The notes under the pieces were generated by a model that saw only the letters and a list, made by a program, of their open reading frames with translations, did not search any database and was not told the DNA's origin. From contig BK006946.2 in assembly GCA_000146045.2 (NCBI GenBank), positions 352,001 through 416,000 of the forward strand: a stretch of DNA of 64,000 nucleotides. Reading direction: 5' to 3'. Positions within the stretch are counted from its first letter, which is position 1, and the number at the start of each line of letters is the position of its first letter. Position numbers and translations under genes: made by a program. Origin of the DNA: TPA_inf: Saccharomyces. Its lineage: Eukaryota. Positions 1 through 11,363 of this stretch are shown in pieces.

Positions 1-279
1 TTTATGTGTACTCTTCCTTCCTGTTAACAGAGTAGATAAATATAGGCTTTAAACTTACCGTGTACTGAAACCCAGAAGGCAGCTTTCTTTTTTCCAGAAA
101 GTAAAATAATGACAAAAAAATCGACTACATATGCACAATGCTAAGTTATATGACACTTTCTTTCTTATCCTCACTTATCCATAAGACACCCCTCTTCTTC
201 AGAGAATTTGGTAAGCAATTTCATGTATTTCCATGAGAATGGGCTCGCATCCCAGAGCGCAACTAATATATGAATATAA

Positions 280-370
280 GCGGATTTAGCTCAGTTGGGA
301 GAGCGCCAGACTGAAGAAATACTTCGGTCAAGTTATCTGGAGGTCCTGTGTTCGATCCACAGAATTCGCA
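280..370 (+). tRNA. tF(GAA): tRNA-Phe (anticodon GAA) with an ~18-nt intron after the anticodon, followed by a T-run Pol III terminator at 375-384
   Basis: The sequence gcggatttagctcagttgggagagcgccagactgaaga...tctggaggtcctgtgttcgatccacagaattcgca matches yeast tRNA-Phe, with an intron interrupting the anticodon loop. A downstream oligo-T tract follows. Confidence 0.9.
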
Positions 371-602
371 TTAATTTTTTTTTACTTTTCATTCGTTTTC
401 CTCTTTTGGTGATGAGCAGCATCACAGAAGCGGGTGGGTCATCCATTATTAGACGGTAAGTGAAAAAAATTTGATGATTCAGGTGAACCGCTATGGAAAG
501 GCACGTAGTTCTACTTACTCCTAGCAAGTAGCTATGCGATTTTCCTGCGCCATTTTTTTTCCCACATTAGTTACATACACTCTCTAAAGAATATTGCTAA
601 AT

Positions 603-1136
603 ATGACGTCGAATAGCGACGGTTCAAGTACCAGTCCAGTTGAGAAACCAATTACCGGCGATGTTGAAACTAATGAACCTACCAAACCAATACGGCGGCT
701 TTCAACGCCATCGCCAGAACAAGATCAAGAAGGCGATTTCGACGAAGAAGACGATGATGACAAATTCAGCGTGAGCACATCAACTCCCACCCCAACCATA
801 ACGAAAACTAAGGACAGCAGCGACACAAGTACGGTTACGAGGCGGAAGCAGCCGATCAGGTACATCGAGAATAAGACCCGGAGACATGTCACCTTCTCGA
901 AGAGGCGGCACGGGATCATGAAAAAAGCATATGAGCTCTCCGTCCTAACCGGCGCCAATATTCTGCTTCTAATTCTGGCAAACTCTGGCCTGGTCTACAC
1001 TTTCACAACGCCTAAGCTCGAGCCGGTGGTACGGGAAGACGAGGGTAAGAGCCTCATCAGGGCATGCATCAATGCTTCAGACACTCCTGACGCTACCGAC
1101 ACGTCGCCGGCACAGGAACAATCTCCGGCAAACTGA
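603..1136 (+). CDS. ARG80: ARG80, MADS-box transcription factor of the arginine regulatory (ArgR-Mcm1) complex, 177 aa
   Basis: The ORF starts MTSNSDGSSTSPVEK and carries a MADS box (RYIENKTRRHVTFSKRRHGIMKKAYELSVLTG). I take the start at the third ATG of the 594 ORF to match the known 177-aa product. It is the tandem paralog of the downstream MCM1. Confidence 0.85.
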   Translation: MTSNSDGSSTSPVEKPITGDVETNEPTKPIRRLSTPSPEQDQEGDFDEEDDDDKFSVSTSTPTPTITKTKDSSDTSTVTRRKQPIRYIENKTRRHVTFSKRRHGIMKKAYELSVLTGANILLLILANSGLVYTFTTPKLEPVVREDEGKSLIRACINASDTPDATDTSPAQEQSPAN

Positions 1137-1870
1137 ACATGCGAGAGTAAGAGATGCCCCACGAAGGCATAGGCAGATCCATATAGCACAATACGCGCAT
1201 ATAAAGTAGCATTGCTGCCAAAGGGGGTTGCACAAGGAGTTGCCCTCCTTCGGCACGCGGCTCGGAACATACCGGAGTGTCCCCCTTTGAGTAATTTTTC
1301 TCAAAAGAGGCACTTTTGCGCTGGGCCGCAGGAAATTTCCCTTTCTGTTCAGCACCTGTTGTCCTATATTAAGCTGTGCCAAACAAGGTCATCTCCAAAT
1401 ACTTACCAAAAAGCTAGGGCGTACTGTACTGGAATCTCTGCTTTTTTCTTTACCTTACTTCAATTTGCCTTGTCTGCTTTTTTACGTGTGTTTTGGCGTT
1501 TCTGCTTTTCTTTTTTATTACTCGTTGTTGTAAATCATTTTCTAAGTATTATACATACTATATCATCGCATACCCAATCGGTTTCCTATTCTCACCACTT
1601 TTTTCTGGAAAAATACATAGCCTAACAAGCAATTTTATTTTACGTTTGTTAATTCATTATACTGATAATATTTTTGAATTTTTTTTTTTTTTGATACATT
1701 TTTTTTAATCGCTGTTTTGTCTGTTTTTTTCGATTCAGTTATAGGGAAAAAAACGGGAAAGGAAAGAGAAAAAAAAATTAGTGCAGAGCAATAAGAAGCG
1801 AAAATCAAAAAAAAGTTTTGGATCTGCAAGACTTGCTGTCACGCAACAATATTATAGCCACCCAGCAAAA

Positions 1871-2731
1871 ATGTCAGACATCGAAGAAGGTACGCCTACT
1901 AATAATGGGCAACAGAAGGAGAGAAGAAAGATAGAAATTAAGTTCATCGAGAATAAAACAAGGCGCCATGTGACATTTTCCAAAAGGAAGCACGGTATCA
2001 TGAAAAAGGCGTTTGAGCTTTCTGTTCTAACGGGGACCCAGGTCCTGTTGCTAGTCGTTTCAGAAACAGGTTTGGTATATACTTTCAGCACGCCGAAGTT
2101 TGAACCTATAGTCACGCAGCAGGAAGGTAGAAACCTGATCCAGGCCTGTCTTAACGCCCCTGATGATGAGGAAGAAGACGAGGAGGAAGACGGTGATGAT
2201 GATGATGATGATGACGATGATGGTAATGATATGCAACGCCAGCAACCACAACAACAGCAACCGCAACAACAGCAACAAGTATTGAATGCACACGCAAATA
2301 GCTTAGGCCATCTAAATCAAGATCAGGTACCGGCAGGCGCGCTGAAACAAGAGGTGAAGTCACAATTGCTAGGCGGTGCCAATCCTAATCAAAACTCAAT
2401 GATTCAACAGCAGCAACATCACACGCAGAATTCACAACCACAACAGCAACAGCAACAACAACCACAGCAGCAAATGTCACAGCAACAAATGTCACAGCAT
2501 CCTCGACCACAGCAAGGAATACCACATCCGCAACAATCGCAGCCACAGCAACAGCAACAACAACAACAACAACTGCAACAGCAGCAACAGCAGCAACAAC
2601 AACAACCCCTCACCGGCATTCATCAGCCTCACCAACAGGCTTTTGCCAACGCTGCCTCCCCCTATCTGAATGCTGAACAGAATGCTGCCTACCAACAATA
2701 CTTTCAAGAACCGCAACAAGGCCAATACTAA
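1871..2731 (+). CDS. MCM1: MCM1, essential MADS-box transcription factor, 286 aa, with a C-terminal Q-rich tail and an acidic D/E tract
   Basis: The protein starts MSDIEEGTPTNNGQQKERRKIEIKFIENKTRRHVTFSKRKHGIMKKAFELSVLTG, the canonical MCM1 N-terminus. The track ORF begins 90 nt upstream at an in-frame ATG; I chose the MSDIEEG start. Confidence 0.93.
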   Translation: MSDIEEGTPTNNGQQKERRKIEIKFIENKTRRHVTFSKRKHGIMKKAFELSVLTGTQVLLLVVSETGLVYTFSTPKFEPIVTQQEGRNLIQACLNAPDDEEEDEEEDGDDDDDDDDDGNDMQRQQPQQQQPQQQQQVLNAHANSLGHLNQDQVPAGALKQEVKSQLLGGANPNQNSMIQQQQHHTQNSQPQQQQQQQPQQQMSQQQMSQHPRPQQGIPHPQQSQPQQQQQQQQQLQQQQQQQQQQPLTGIHQPHQQAFANAASPYLNAEQNAAYQQYFQEPQQGQY

Positions 2732-3383
2732 TCTTATCGATTTCCGTATATAATTCATAGACGAGCATTAAGAGGAAAAAGCTGTTTCCGTACCAATTAA
2801 AGAAAGATAGACAACAAGAACAAAAACGTACATTACTCTATATTGAAAAAAGCCCTATGTCGGTAAAAGAATAGGAAGTACCTTAGTCATCGGCACTTAC
2901 CTTTTTTTTTACGATTACTTCTGGTTTGTTTCTTTGCCTCATTTCATTTTGCTGCCACTTTCTTTCATAGGCAAGAAGATTCAATCAAATCTCCCCTTCT
3001 CCTTCCCCGGATATATAAAATATAAATATAAAACTTTAAGAATATAAAAATATGAGAAACCACACATAACTTGTATACTTTACTCACATACACACATTTC
3101 CAAAAAAATTATAATGTTAATTACATTGCTTTTAATGCTAATCTTTTTTTAGTTGTATAATCATTACCATATAAATGCCTCTCGGTCTAATTTCATTGCC
3201 AGTATTGTAAGTTATATACTTTTATACGAGTGTACGGAAAATATCGTGGCTCCCCGTTAACAGTGAAATAAATCTACGCATGTAGCTGCCAGTTTTTTAA
3301 GCGTTATATCAATATTGGTAAAGTAAGAATTGACGAAGAAATTGTTAACTACATTTTTCAGAACGGCGTGTCATTCTCCGATA

Positions 3384-4811
3384 ATGTCTGAAGCGATATT
3401 CCAGCCAACGGACATTGTCCTTGCCAAAGTTAAAGGCTTTTCAGCATGGCCAGCAATGATTATCCCTAATGAACTCATCCCAGATAACATCCTCAAGACC
3501 AAACCTGTGAGTGTCCACAAAGGCAAATCAGGTAGTGATAAAAAAGCAAATGAAGATATAGATGCAGACATGGAATCAGAGGCTAGAGATCGAGAGCAAA
3601 GCGAAGAAGAAGAAGATATAGAGGATTTTGGTGAGAGTGAGGCTAATCCTGAAAAATTTATAATATACACTCCCGTTCTGAAGTTTCGTAAAAATGATAC
3701 GTTGAAATCGACTTACTGCGTCAAGTTTTTTTGCGATGATTCTTATATCTGGGTGAAGCCCATGGATATGAAGATTCTAACAAGCGAAGATTGTCGTAAG
3801 TGGCTAAGCGGCAAACAGCGGAAGAATAAGAAACTCATACCGGCATATGAAATGGCTATGAGAGGCAAAAATGGAATTGATATTTGGGAATTTGTGGAAT
3901 ATGGGTCTTACGGCAAGCCAGATGAAGAGGAATATGTAGAGGAAGAGGAAGAAGAGAACGAACCTGAAAAAAAGGCTATAAGGCCAACCAGGTCTTCCAG
4001 TAGACAGCGTCAGAAGCGCGCCTCAGAAACGGAAAAGAGTGAGGGCGGTAATAGCAATAAAAGGAAAAGAGTTACTAGATCGACTAGGCAACAAGCGATA
4101 GATGCTTCAGAAGAGGAAGAGGAGGAAGAGGAGGAAAAAGTACAAGAGGCTGTTAGAAAGAGGCCGCAAAGGACCAAAACTAAGAAAGTTGTAGTATCCA
4201 AGACTAAACCAAATCCAAAAACAAAGGCAAAGAAAGAGAAACCTAAACCACCTAAGCCAATCAAATATCATTTTGAAGATGATGAAGATTGGAGCATTGT
4301 TGGGTTGGGCCCACAAGATCTATCAATCGAAAAAACGATGGATCCGATTGCGAAAAAACTGTCGCAGAAGAAAAATCTAGAAAAGCATGTGGAGATTAAG
4401 CTAGATCTGGAGGATAAACTAGCAGGTATCAACAAGCTCCTGTGTGATGTCTTATGTTCAGCCATTAACCAGGCTGTTTCGATAAAGGATGATTTCGAAA
4501 TAATATTAGATGAATTGCAGATTGCCCTTGACACCAGGGGGTCCAGAAACGAATTTATAACAATTTTCCAATCAAATAATTCCCTACTGTTAAACTTTAG
4601 GATATTATTTAACTTAAGAAAAAGGGAACTGAACAAATGGGATCTGTGGGATCGTTTCCAGGATATTTTCAAGCATATTTATTCCTACCAGTTCATACCT
4701 GATACGGAAGATTGGCAACTAGAGCAAAATATGGAAATTGAAGAAATGGATCGGGAAAAGCCGAGCTTTAGTGAAGACGTAAAGGAAGAAGAAAGCAAAG
4801 TAGGAGCATGA
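3384..4811 (+). CDS. IOC4: IOC4, PWWP-domain subunit of the Isw1b chromatin remodelling complex, 475 aa
   Basis: It has a PWWP-like N-terminus (DIVLAKVKGFSAWPAMIIP) and long acidic and basic low-complexity stretches. I placed the start at MSEAIFQ to give the known 475 aa. Confidence 0.8.
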   Translation: MSEAIFQPTDIVLAKVKGFSAWPAMIIPNELIPDNILKTKPVSVHKGKSGSDKKANEDIDADMESEARDREQSEEEEDIEDFGESEANPEKFIIYTPVLKFRKNDTLKSTYCVKFFCDDSYIWVKPMDMKILTSEDCRKWLSGKQRKNKKLIPAYEMAMRGKNGIDIWEFVEYGSYGKPDEEEYVEEEEEENEPEKKAIRPTRSSSRQRQKRASETEKSEGGNSNKRKRVTRSTRQQAIDASEEEEEEEEEKVQEAVRKRPQRTKTKKVVVSKTKPNPKTKAKKEKPKPPKPIKYHFEDDEDWSIVGLGPQDLSIEKTMDPIAKKLSQKKNLEKHVEIKLDLEDKLAGINKLLCDVLCSAINQAVSIKDDFEIILDELQIALDTRGSRNEFITIFQSNNSLLLNFRILFNLRKRELNKWDLWDRFQDIFKHIYSYQFIPDTEDWQLEQNMEIEEMDREKPSFSEDVKEEESKVGA

Positions 4812-5004
4812 CCTGTTGCTATTGCAGTTGATGTACTCTGCTTTTGAACAATAGAGGGGAAACCTGTGTACTATAAAATAGACTAAAACTATGTAACTTG
4901 TGTATGTTCTGATATGTATGACGCAGTCTTTGATAGTCCAAAACTCACCTAGACTGTGCTGTATTATTACAATTAAAGTTCTAAGTCTGTTGTGCATTAT
5001 CATT

Positions 5005-5336
5005 TGAGAAATGGGGGAATGTTGAGATAATTGTTGGGATTCCATTGTTGATAAAGGCTATAATATTAGGTATACAGAATATACTAGAAGTTCTCCTCAA
5101 GGATATAGGAATCCTCAAAATGGAATCTATATTTCTACATACTAATATTACGATTATTCCTCATTCCGTTTTATATGTTTCATTATCCTATTACATTATC
5201 AATCCTTGCACTTCAGCTTCCTCTAACTTCGATGACAGCTTCTCATAACTTATGTCATCATCTTAACACCGTATATGATAATATATTGATAATATAACTA
5301 TTAGTTGATAGACGATAGTGGATTTTTATTCCAACA
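5005..5336 (-). repeat. Ty1 3' LTR (delta), 332 bp
   Basis: Canonical delta sequence, identical to the copy at 10587-10918. Confidence 0.95.
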
Positions 5337-5358
5337 TACCACCCATAATGTAATAGAT

Positions 5359-8300
5359 CTAATGAATCCATTTGTTTGTTAATAGTTTGAATGTTTTTAT
5401 CGGAAGAGGTTTGGTCATTACGTCTGCAATATTCTTTTTGGTTTCGATATAGCATACGTGCAGATGATTTCCTGATACTTCATCTCTCAGTCTCATTGCT
5501 TTAGTACCAAAAAATCTGTTTCTAAATTTCTCTTCATTATTGGATATAATTATACTGATTGTAGATTTACTGTCGGTTAGTAATCCTTTGGTAATTGGTT
5601 TCTTGTCGAGTTCTTGTATCAGGTAACTTAGATTATTTAATAATGGGACAGATTCACTTATTGCGTGTATTTCTGCTTCCGTAGTTGAAGTACATGTTAA
5701 TGAAGCCTTGGTGGACTTTCCTCCAATTACTTTTCCATTAAGTAAATATATGTTGCCAATTTGTGATTTATAATACGGTTGGTTACCATACGATGCATCG
5801 CTTATAACAACTAATTTATTTGTTGGCTTAACAGGTTTGCTTTTGTGCCATATTAATTGCTTATCTCTCGTATTCCATATGAACTGTATCAATTCATATG
5901 TCATATCTAACACTTGCTTGGACGGAAATAGTATATGTTGTGCAAGTGTGTTGATGTAGTATAATAGGTCAAATCTAAATTTATATCCAACATATGATGC
6001 TAGACCTATCAGCTTTTGCATTTCATGTACCTTCATTTTGTAATCATCTTCTTCTAGCTCTAGTTCTTGCTGGTCTATATATAGACCTGGTTGACCTGGA
6101 GCGCTAAGTTTCCTTCCTTTTGGGTTCAAAGGTACGTTTAGTTTGGGTATTTTTTCAGTTAATGAGTTTTCCATACCCAATTTCATGTATTTACCTCTTT
6201 GGTATTTGATTTCCAAGCCAAGAATGTCATATTGAATTTCCTCATCACTTTCGCCTAGATTTATAATCTTGGTGTCGTATTGCATCTTAAGCTTGTCTAT
6301 AATTCTTTTGTTTGAATTTAGATTTTTGCTAAACAGTACCATATCATCTACGAATAAACAAATTGTCACTTGACTGTTTTCAAATACGCATGACCATCCA
6401 CGAACTTCTTCCATACCACACTGTTTTATCAGGTATGATTTGATAGTTTCGTACCAGTTCGCTCCACTTTGTTTCAATCCATAAAGTGATTTCTTCAAAC
6501 GTATCAACTTATCATTCATTCCTAAATGTGGTGGAGGTCTTATGTATAATTCTTCTTTGATGTCTGCATACAAATATGCCGAAGATATGTCTAATTGTGT
6601 AATATAGTAGTTATTGTCTAATGCAAGTGACAGGGATGTCATTAATGCATAGTGATGTACGGTATTGGATTGCATGCCTGAGTCGTAAGTGTCAGGATGC
6701 TGAATATCACCTCTTGCAACAAATCTAGCTTTATGAGTACCGTCACGTTTCCTGTTGAAGATAAACATTGAATTTATTACTCTTTTAGGGTCTATTTCTT
6801 TTCTGTCATAATATTTGTCAGTGTCCCAAGTTTTCATCTTCAACAGTTGATTGACTTCTTTGTGGTATGCCTCGATATATTTTTCTTTTTCTTTAATATC
6901 TTTATTATAGGTGATTGCCTCATCGTATCGTAAGGTTGTTCGTATTGGTTTGATTGATTTTACTGCTTTTACAGCTGCAATCAGGTGGATTCGTTTCTTC
7001 GATCTCGGAGGTTCTAAACTACGCATATTCTTAGTATTCCATGTGTCTCGTGATACCTTAATTTCAGTTTCATTATCTTCTAATGATCTTTTCTTACTGT
7101 TGATAGTAGTATAGGCATTAGAGTCACCAATACCACCCAAACTGGAATTAGTTTGACGAGAATTGATCGGTGGAAGTTCTTTAAAGGAGTCTGATAATTC
7201 GGTAGGAGGTTCTGGAGGCAGATCGGGAAGTGGAAGATCAGCAATTATAGATTCCTCTGTATTCTCCTTAGGACAGGTATCTGACGTTTTGATAGGAACG
7301 ACGTGGTGTAGTGAATTACTTTCTGATGAGGAAGTATCGATCGAAGGTGAACGGTGTATGATCCTTTTCTCAGTCTCCTGTTCGCTTGTCTGCGGAACAG
7401 TTTTATTATTGGTACCACCCGTACTGGATATTGGTACGTTTGTATGATTAGTCTCATTGTCACTGTACGAGTCTGAGTGTCTGAAATCTTTAGATTTACT
7501 GGCGTGCGACGACTCATGTGTGTTAGATTGGGACATGGGAGCAAGTAAAGGAACATCTAATCTATGCATACCACCCGAACCGGTACTCTCGATATCGGAA
7601 ATTTGGGGGGTGCTAGATCTCTTCTTAGATGGAAGAATATTAGATTCAGATATGTTGGGGTCAACTTCTCTGGGTGCGCGAATATTGGTTTTGGAAACAC
7701 GTTTCGAATCTTCAGTATGAGTTGACGGAGGTGTGGAATCGGTTGGACTCACAGCTTTTGAAAGGACATTTCTCAGTTGCTCAGGATGTAGTTCAATGTC
7801 AGATTGGAAGTCATGGTCAGATTCTATGTTAAGATCATTGGATTGTTGGATCTCATTTGACGCAATGAACGAATGATATGAAGCAGTTAAACGGTTTAAG
7901 TCTTCATCGAAAGTGAGTGCGTCGTAATTGAATTGATCTAATCTGGATTCCTTGCCCTGAAGAATAACATAGTTAGTTGTATCTACTGTCTTCTTTAAGG
8001 ACGGAAGATAGATGATATATCCATAAGAGTTTCGAGACGGATGTAGAGCGTAGCCTGGGATGCCACGAGGATGTATTTTGGAGTTAGGGTTGTGATCATT
8101 GACGATAACAGGTTGACCGAAAGGTAACAAAGTACTGATATCAAGTCCTGCCAAGCCAGCATGTTGTCTTGCAGATTTTTTGCTTTTAGGTGAAGCTAGT
8201 GAATTTCTCACAATAGTAGAAAATTCGATTGCAGAGAACCATAAATGGTTCGGTAAACCACTACATTGCAGTTGAGTACGGCAGTCATCTAATAAGGTAC

Positions 8301-9078
8301 GGTTTAGCCGTTCAGCGACTCCATGTGCTCGGGAATCCGCTGTGGTTGTATAGCATGGAGTTATACCATTTTTTTCAAGGAATTTATGGAGAGTTCTGTT
8401 AGTATACTCAGAACCACGGTCCATTTGTATAACTAAGACACTGGCCTGAAACTGGTTTTTAATAAAAGCTAGTATCGTAGTAAAAACATCGAGGATAGAG
8501 TCCTCGCGACGGTCGTGTAATGGATAAACCCAACGGAATTTTGTTGTCTCATCAGTAAATGAGATGAAATAGGATGGTGCACTTTTTGGTAGGTTGTGAA
8601 CTGGACCAAATATGTCAGTATGTAGGTATTGAAAGGGTTCGTATGAATTTTGGTATTTTAGTCGTGAACCTTTGATATGTCTGTGTTTGGTGCTTTTGCC
8701 GATTAAACAATCAGGACATTGATAGTCAATAGCACTAGACCAGTCGACATCTGATTCGTTAAAATACGTGATGGTGTTATTTTTAAGTGAGTATCGAATT
8801 GTCTGTGCATTGGCATGTGCAAGCATTCGATGAATGAAAGGATAAGGATATTTGCGTGTACTTTCACTTGTATGGACATTATTGATGGTGGGTACGGAGA
8901 TATTTGATGGAAGCAAGTACTTTTTAGATACCCAGTAAAAGTCTCCATATTTTACGATAGGTGCAAGTACAGTGCCGTCAGATCGTTCTAAGACGTTTTT
9001 GGTAAAGCATGCTGTGATATCTACTGCAGCCAATTCATTCAAACTGAGTAAGTCATAGGCTATGTTAGGAGTGTGCAA
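5359..9078 (-). CDS. TYB: Ty1 TYB (Pol: protease, integrase, reverse transcriptase, RNase H); the ORF shown runs from its first Met
   Basis: The 1239-aa ORF carries integrase (HTDIFGP...DRGSEY) and reverse-transcriptase (YVDDM) motifs. It is expressed as a Gag-Pol fusion after a +1 frameshift at the CTTAGGC heptamer, so the true Pol frame opens upstream to about 9320. Confidence 0.95.
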   Translation of the reverse strand: MHTPNIAYDLLSLNELAAVDITACFTKNVLERSDGTVLAPIVKYGDFYWVSKKYLLPSNISVPTINNVHTSESTRKYPYPFIHRMLAHANAQTIRYSLKNNTITYFNESDVDWSSAIDYQCPDCLIGKSTKHRHIKGSRLKYQNSYEPFQYLHTDIFGPVHNLPKSAPSYFISFTDETTKFRWVYPLHDRREDSILDVFTTILAFIKNQFQASVLVIQMDRGSEYTNRTLHKFLEKNGITPCYTTTADSRAHGVAERLNRTLLDDCRTQLQCSGLPNHLWFSAIEFSTIVRNSLASPKSKKSARQHAGLAGLDISTLLPFGQPVIVNDHNPNSKIHPRGIPGYALHPSRNSYGYIIYLPSLKKTVDTTNYVILQGKESRLDQFNYDALTFDEDLNRLTASYHSFIASNEIQQSNDLNIESDHDFQSDIELHPEQLRNVLSKAVSPTDSTPPSTHTEDSKRVSKTNIRAPREVDPNISESNILPSKKRSSTPQISDIESTGSGGMHRLDVPLLAPMSQSNTHESSHASKSKDFRHSDSYSDNETNHTNVPISSTGGTNNKTVPQTSEQETEKRIIHRSPSIDTSSSESNSLHHVVPIKTSDTCPKENTEESIIADLPLPDLPPEPPTELSDSFKELPPINSRQTNSSLGGIGDSNAYTTINSKKRSLEDNETEIKVSRDTWNTKNMRSLEPPRSKKRIHLIAAVKAVKSIKPIRTTLRYDEAITYNKDIKEKEKYIEAYHKEVNQLLKMKTWDTDKYYDRKEIDPKRVINSMFIFNRKRDGTHKARFVARGDIQHPDTYDSGMQSNTVHHYALMTSLSLALDNNYYITQLDISSAYLYADIKEELYIRPPPHLGMNDKLIRLKKSLYGLKQSGANWYETIKSYLIKQCGMEEVRGWSCVFENSQVTICLFVDDMVLFSKNLNSNKRIIDKLKMQYDTKIINLGESDEEIQYDILGLEIKYQRGKYMKLGMENSLTEKIPKLNVPLNPKGRKLSAPGQPGLYIDQQELELEEDDYKMKVHEMQKLIGLASYVGYKFRFDLLYYINTLAQHILFPSKQVLDMTYELIQFIWNTRDKQLIWHKSKPVKPTNKLVVISDASYGNQPYYKSQIGNIYLLNGKVIGGKSTKASLTCTSTTEAEIHAISESVPLLNNLSYLIQELDKKPITKGLLTDSKSTISIIISNNEEKFRNRFFGTKAMRLRDEVSGNHLHVCYIETKKNIADVMTKPLPIKTFKLLTNKWIH

Positions 9079-9304
9079 TACCTTTATTGATGTTTTGGTG
9101 TTGTCCTGGAAGTGAAATTGTAGGTCACCAATAGCGTTAATTGGTATATTTCTTTTTTGAGCATCAACTACGTTTATGTCAGGATTAGATGATGCTGAGT
9201 GTATGTGATGAGCAGATCTTATAAGGGTTCGTGATGCTCCTGAATCAAGAAGGAGGTGTCCAGGGAGTTTATCATCAGAATGATTAGTGTGATTTACCGT
9301 AGAT

Positions 9305-10627
9305 TCAGTAAGTTCCTGGCCTAAGGTGAAGGTCGTGTGTATTCTTCAATTGAATCGGTTCAGTAGTCGATCCTCTTATGAGATCGTTATCAGGGCCGGG
9401 AGAGTTATTAAATGTGGATACGTTATGAGCCCTGGCTGTTCTTGATTGCGAATTATTTGGTTTTTGGGAATTCCGAGTTATGGATTTGGGTTTGGTTGTA
9501 TTCGTATAGGTGCGAGAGTCTTTCTTCTCATCACTCGGACTTCTCCTATGAGTAGATTTATTACGTTTTGATTCCTGTTGTTCTTCATACATAGAATGTA
9601 TGTCTGAAAACAGATCAGCAACTGTCATATGTATACATCGATGACGTGCGTAGCGTAAAAATTTGTACTCGCCAGATAGACCTCTCATAATGAATTGGCA
9701 TGCTACCTTGTTATTGATAGGAATACCATTGTTGTTTAGTCTGTCAAGAATGTTTGTGACTTCTGCTTCAAATGCATCTGCAGGTGTACTTCCATTATAA
9801 TGCAAAGTTGCTAGGGTCGTAATGTCATTTACCTCTTGAGTATCAGACTGCATTTTGTTAATGCTTTTGGAAAGAATTTTCATGATATCTGTATAATCAA
9901 CAGATAAGATGTCTTTAACCCAGGGGGGTAAGAATTGAGATGGAGCAAATAGTTGAAAGGTGTGACATAAGAAGGTGAGTTCGTCATCAGTCATCTGACG
10001 TACGGCTTTTCTTGTTGCTGTCGGAATAATATCACCGAGATTCGAATTTTGTAAAAATTTAATGTATATTTTAACCCAATTGAGAAAGTCATTAGGTGAG
10101 GTTAAGATTGGCGGTGGTCTGACATGTTGATTAGTGGATGTCATATTAGACTTTGCTGAGGATGAATCAGGAAATGAATTACCTGACTCAGGTGACGGGG
10201 TGTTCAAATGTGTTCCAACATATTGTGGATATTGTGTAAACTGTGATTGTGCCCCAGGTGGAGCGTACATAGGTGACATTTGATAAGGTGGATACGGCAT
10301 CAAGGATGGGTGCCCGTATACTGGCCAGCCAGAAATATTGGCTTGTTGGGTATTCATCATGCGCTGCTGTGGGTACGGCCCATTTTGTGGCAATGGTACT
10401 TGAGCAGCTTGAGGAGAGGCATGATGATGGTTCTCTGGAACAGCAGATGAGAGAGGTGTTGTTGGCTGTTGAGAATTAGCCTGAGTGGAAACCTTCTCAC
10501 ATTCTTCTGTTTTGGAAGCTGAAATGTCTAACGGATCTTGAGTTGTTTGGACTTCTTTAGAAGTAACCGAAGCACAGGCGCTACCATGAGAAATGGGGGA
10601 ATGTTGAGATAATTGTTGGGATTCCAT
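9305..10627 (-). CDS. TYA: Ty1 TYA (Gag), 440 aa, divergent Ty1-prime-like variant
   Basis: The protein starts [26 protein letters not shown], and its ATG lies inside the 5' LTR. It differs at many positions from the canonical Ty1 Gag found in the second element. Confidence 0.95.
   Translation of the reverse strand: MESQQLSQHSPISHGSACASVTSKEVQTTQDPLDISASKTEECEKVSTQANSQQPTTPLSSAVPENHHHASPQAAQVPLPQNGPYPQQRMMNTQQANISGWPVYGHPSLMPYPPYQMSPMYAPPGAQSQFTQYPQYVGTHLNTPSPESGNSFPDSSSAKSNMTSTNQHVRPPPILTSPNDFLNWVKIYIKFLQNSNLGDIIPTATRKAVRQMTDDELTFLCHTFQLFAPSQFLPPWVKDILSVDYTDIMKILSKSINKMQSDTQEVNDITTLATLHYNGSTPADAFEAEVTNILDRLNNNGIPINNKVACQFIMRGLSGEYKFLRYARHRCIHMTVADLFSDIHSMYEEQQESKRNKSTHRRSPSDEKKDSRTYTNTTKPKSITRNSQKPNNSQSRTARAHNVSTFNNSPGPDNDLIRGSTTEPIQLKNTHDLHLRPGTY
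9319..9325 (-). promoter_or_regulatory. Ty1 programmed +1 ribosomal frameshift heptamer CUU-AGG-C
   Basis: The plus strand reads gcctaag, the reverse complement of CTTAGGC, located 12 nt upstream of the TYA stop within the TYA/TYB overlap. Confidence 0.9.
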
Positions 10628-10918
10628 TGTTGATAAAGGCTATAATATTAGGTATACAGAATATACTAGAAGTTCTCCTCAAGGATATAGGAATCCTCAA
10701 AATGGAATCTATATTTCTACATACTAATATTACGATTATTCCTCATTCCGTTTTATATGTTTCATTATCCTATTACATTATCAATCCTTGCACTTCAGCT
10801 TCCTCTAACTTCGATGACAGCTTCTCATAACTTATGTCATCATCTTAACACCGTATATGATAATATATTGATAATATAACTATTAGTTGATAGACGATAG
10901 TGGATTTTTATTCCAACA
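10587..10918 (-). repeat. Ty1 5' LTR (delta), 332 bp; contains the TYA start codon
   Basis: Identical to the LTR at 5005-5336. Confidence 0.95.
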
Positions 10919-11063
10919 TCATTTTCAATGAAGCTGTGACCTTGGCATTCGCACCGCTTGACACTACAGGACGAATAAATTCCATGTTCGGGTGGTGGCT
11001 AGAGGTACATATGCGGTAAATGTACTGTATAGCCCAGCATGTTTTTCTTAACAATCCAAGTTT

Positions 11064-11135
11064 GCCATCTTAGTATAGTGGTTAGTACACATCGTTGTGG
11101 CCGATGAAACCCTGGTTCGATTCTAGGAGATGGCA
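11064..11135 (+). tRNA. tH(GUG): tRNA-His (anticodon GTG)
   Basis: The sequence gccatcttagtatagtggttagtacacatcgttgtggccgatgaaaccctggttcgattctaggagatggca is followed by a T-run terminator. It lies 145 bp from the Ty1 LTR. Confidence 0.9.
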
Positions 11136-11363
11136 TTTTCTTTTTTTTTCAAAGAAAAGAAAAAGGGAAGGCAACAAACGACATGAATTATTGTCTTTTT
11201 CAAAAGGATGTAATTATCGCAGCAGGTCTATGAAGGGTCCCTTTTCTCTTTTTTATCACTTGTTCCATCTATAATTTTATACTCAAAAATTTAACAGGTT
11301 AATTACACTAAATGCATTACAAATTTGTATTTGATTCTATATATAGTTTCGTTATATAATAAC

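Larger units (their letters stand above)
5005..10918 (-). mobile_element. Full-length Ty1 LTR retrotransposon (YMRCTy1-3-like), 5914 bp, with a divergent Gag
   Basis: Two identical 332-bp delta LTRs (5005-5336 and 10587-10918) flank TYA and TYB ORFs. The LTRs run TG...CA in element orientation. A primer-binding site (ggcgctacca, reverse complement of TGGTAGCGCC) abuts the 5' LTR at 10577-10586. A PPT (taccaccc) abuts the 3' LTR at 5337-5344. A 5-bp target-site duplication TCATT sits at 5000-5004 and 10919-10923. Confidence 0.97.

Noticed and set aside
1212-1829. ORFs at 1212-1625, 1493-1708 and 1635-1829 between ARG80 and MCM1
   Set aside because: They are short, hydrophobic and low-complexity translations of T-rich promoter DNA, with no similarity to anything I recognise. 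They are likely MCM1 promoter sequence.
1781-1870. A 30-codon in-frame N-terminal extension of MCM1, and similar upstream ATGs for ARG80, IOC4 and YMR074C
   Set aside because: Known protein N-termini (MSDIEEG..., MTSNSDG..., MSEAIFQ..., MDPELQ...) begin at internal methionines. The upstream in-frame ATGs probably lie in the 5' UTR or upstream of the transcription start.
2419-2619. A 66-aa poly-Cys ORF (MPVRGCCCCCCCC...) on the minus strand
   Set aside because: It is the antisense and frame-shifted reading of the MCM1 CAG/CAA poly-Q repeat. Compositionally it is an artefact. The same applies to the overlapping poly-Leu ORF 2492-2758 and the His-rich ORF 2151-2363.
4719-5248. ORFs at 4719-5045 (minus, [18 protein letters not shown]...) and 5045-5248 (plus), plus the identical ORF at 10627-10830
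   Set aside because: They are LTR-internal artefacts. The first is the TYA start codon inside the 3' LTR reading out into flanking DNA. The plus-strand ORFs are identical because the LTRs are identical. Their counterparts in the second element are 20956-21153 and 25003-context.
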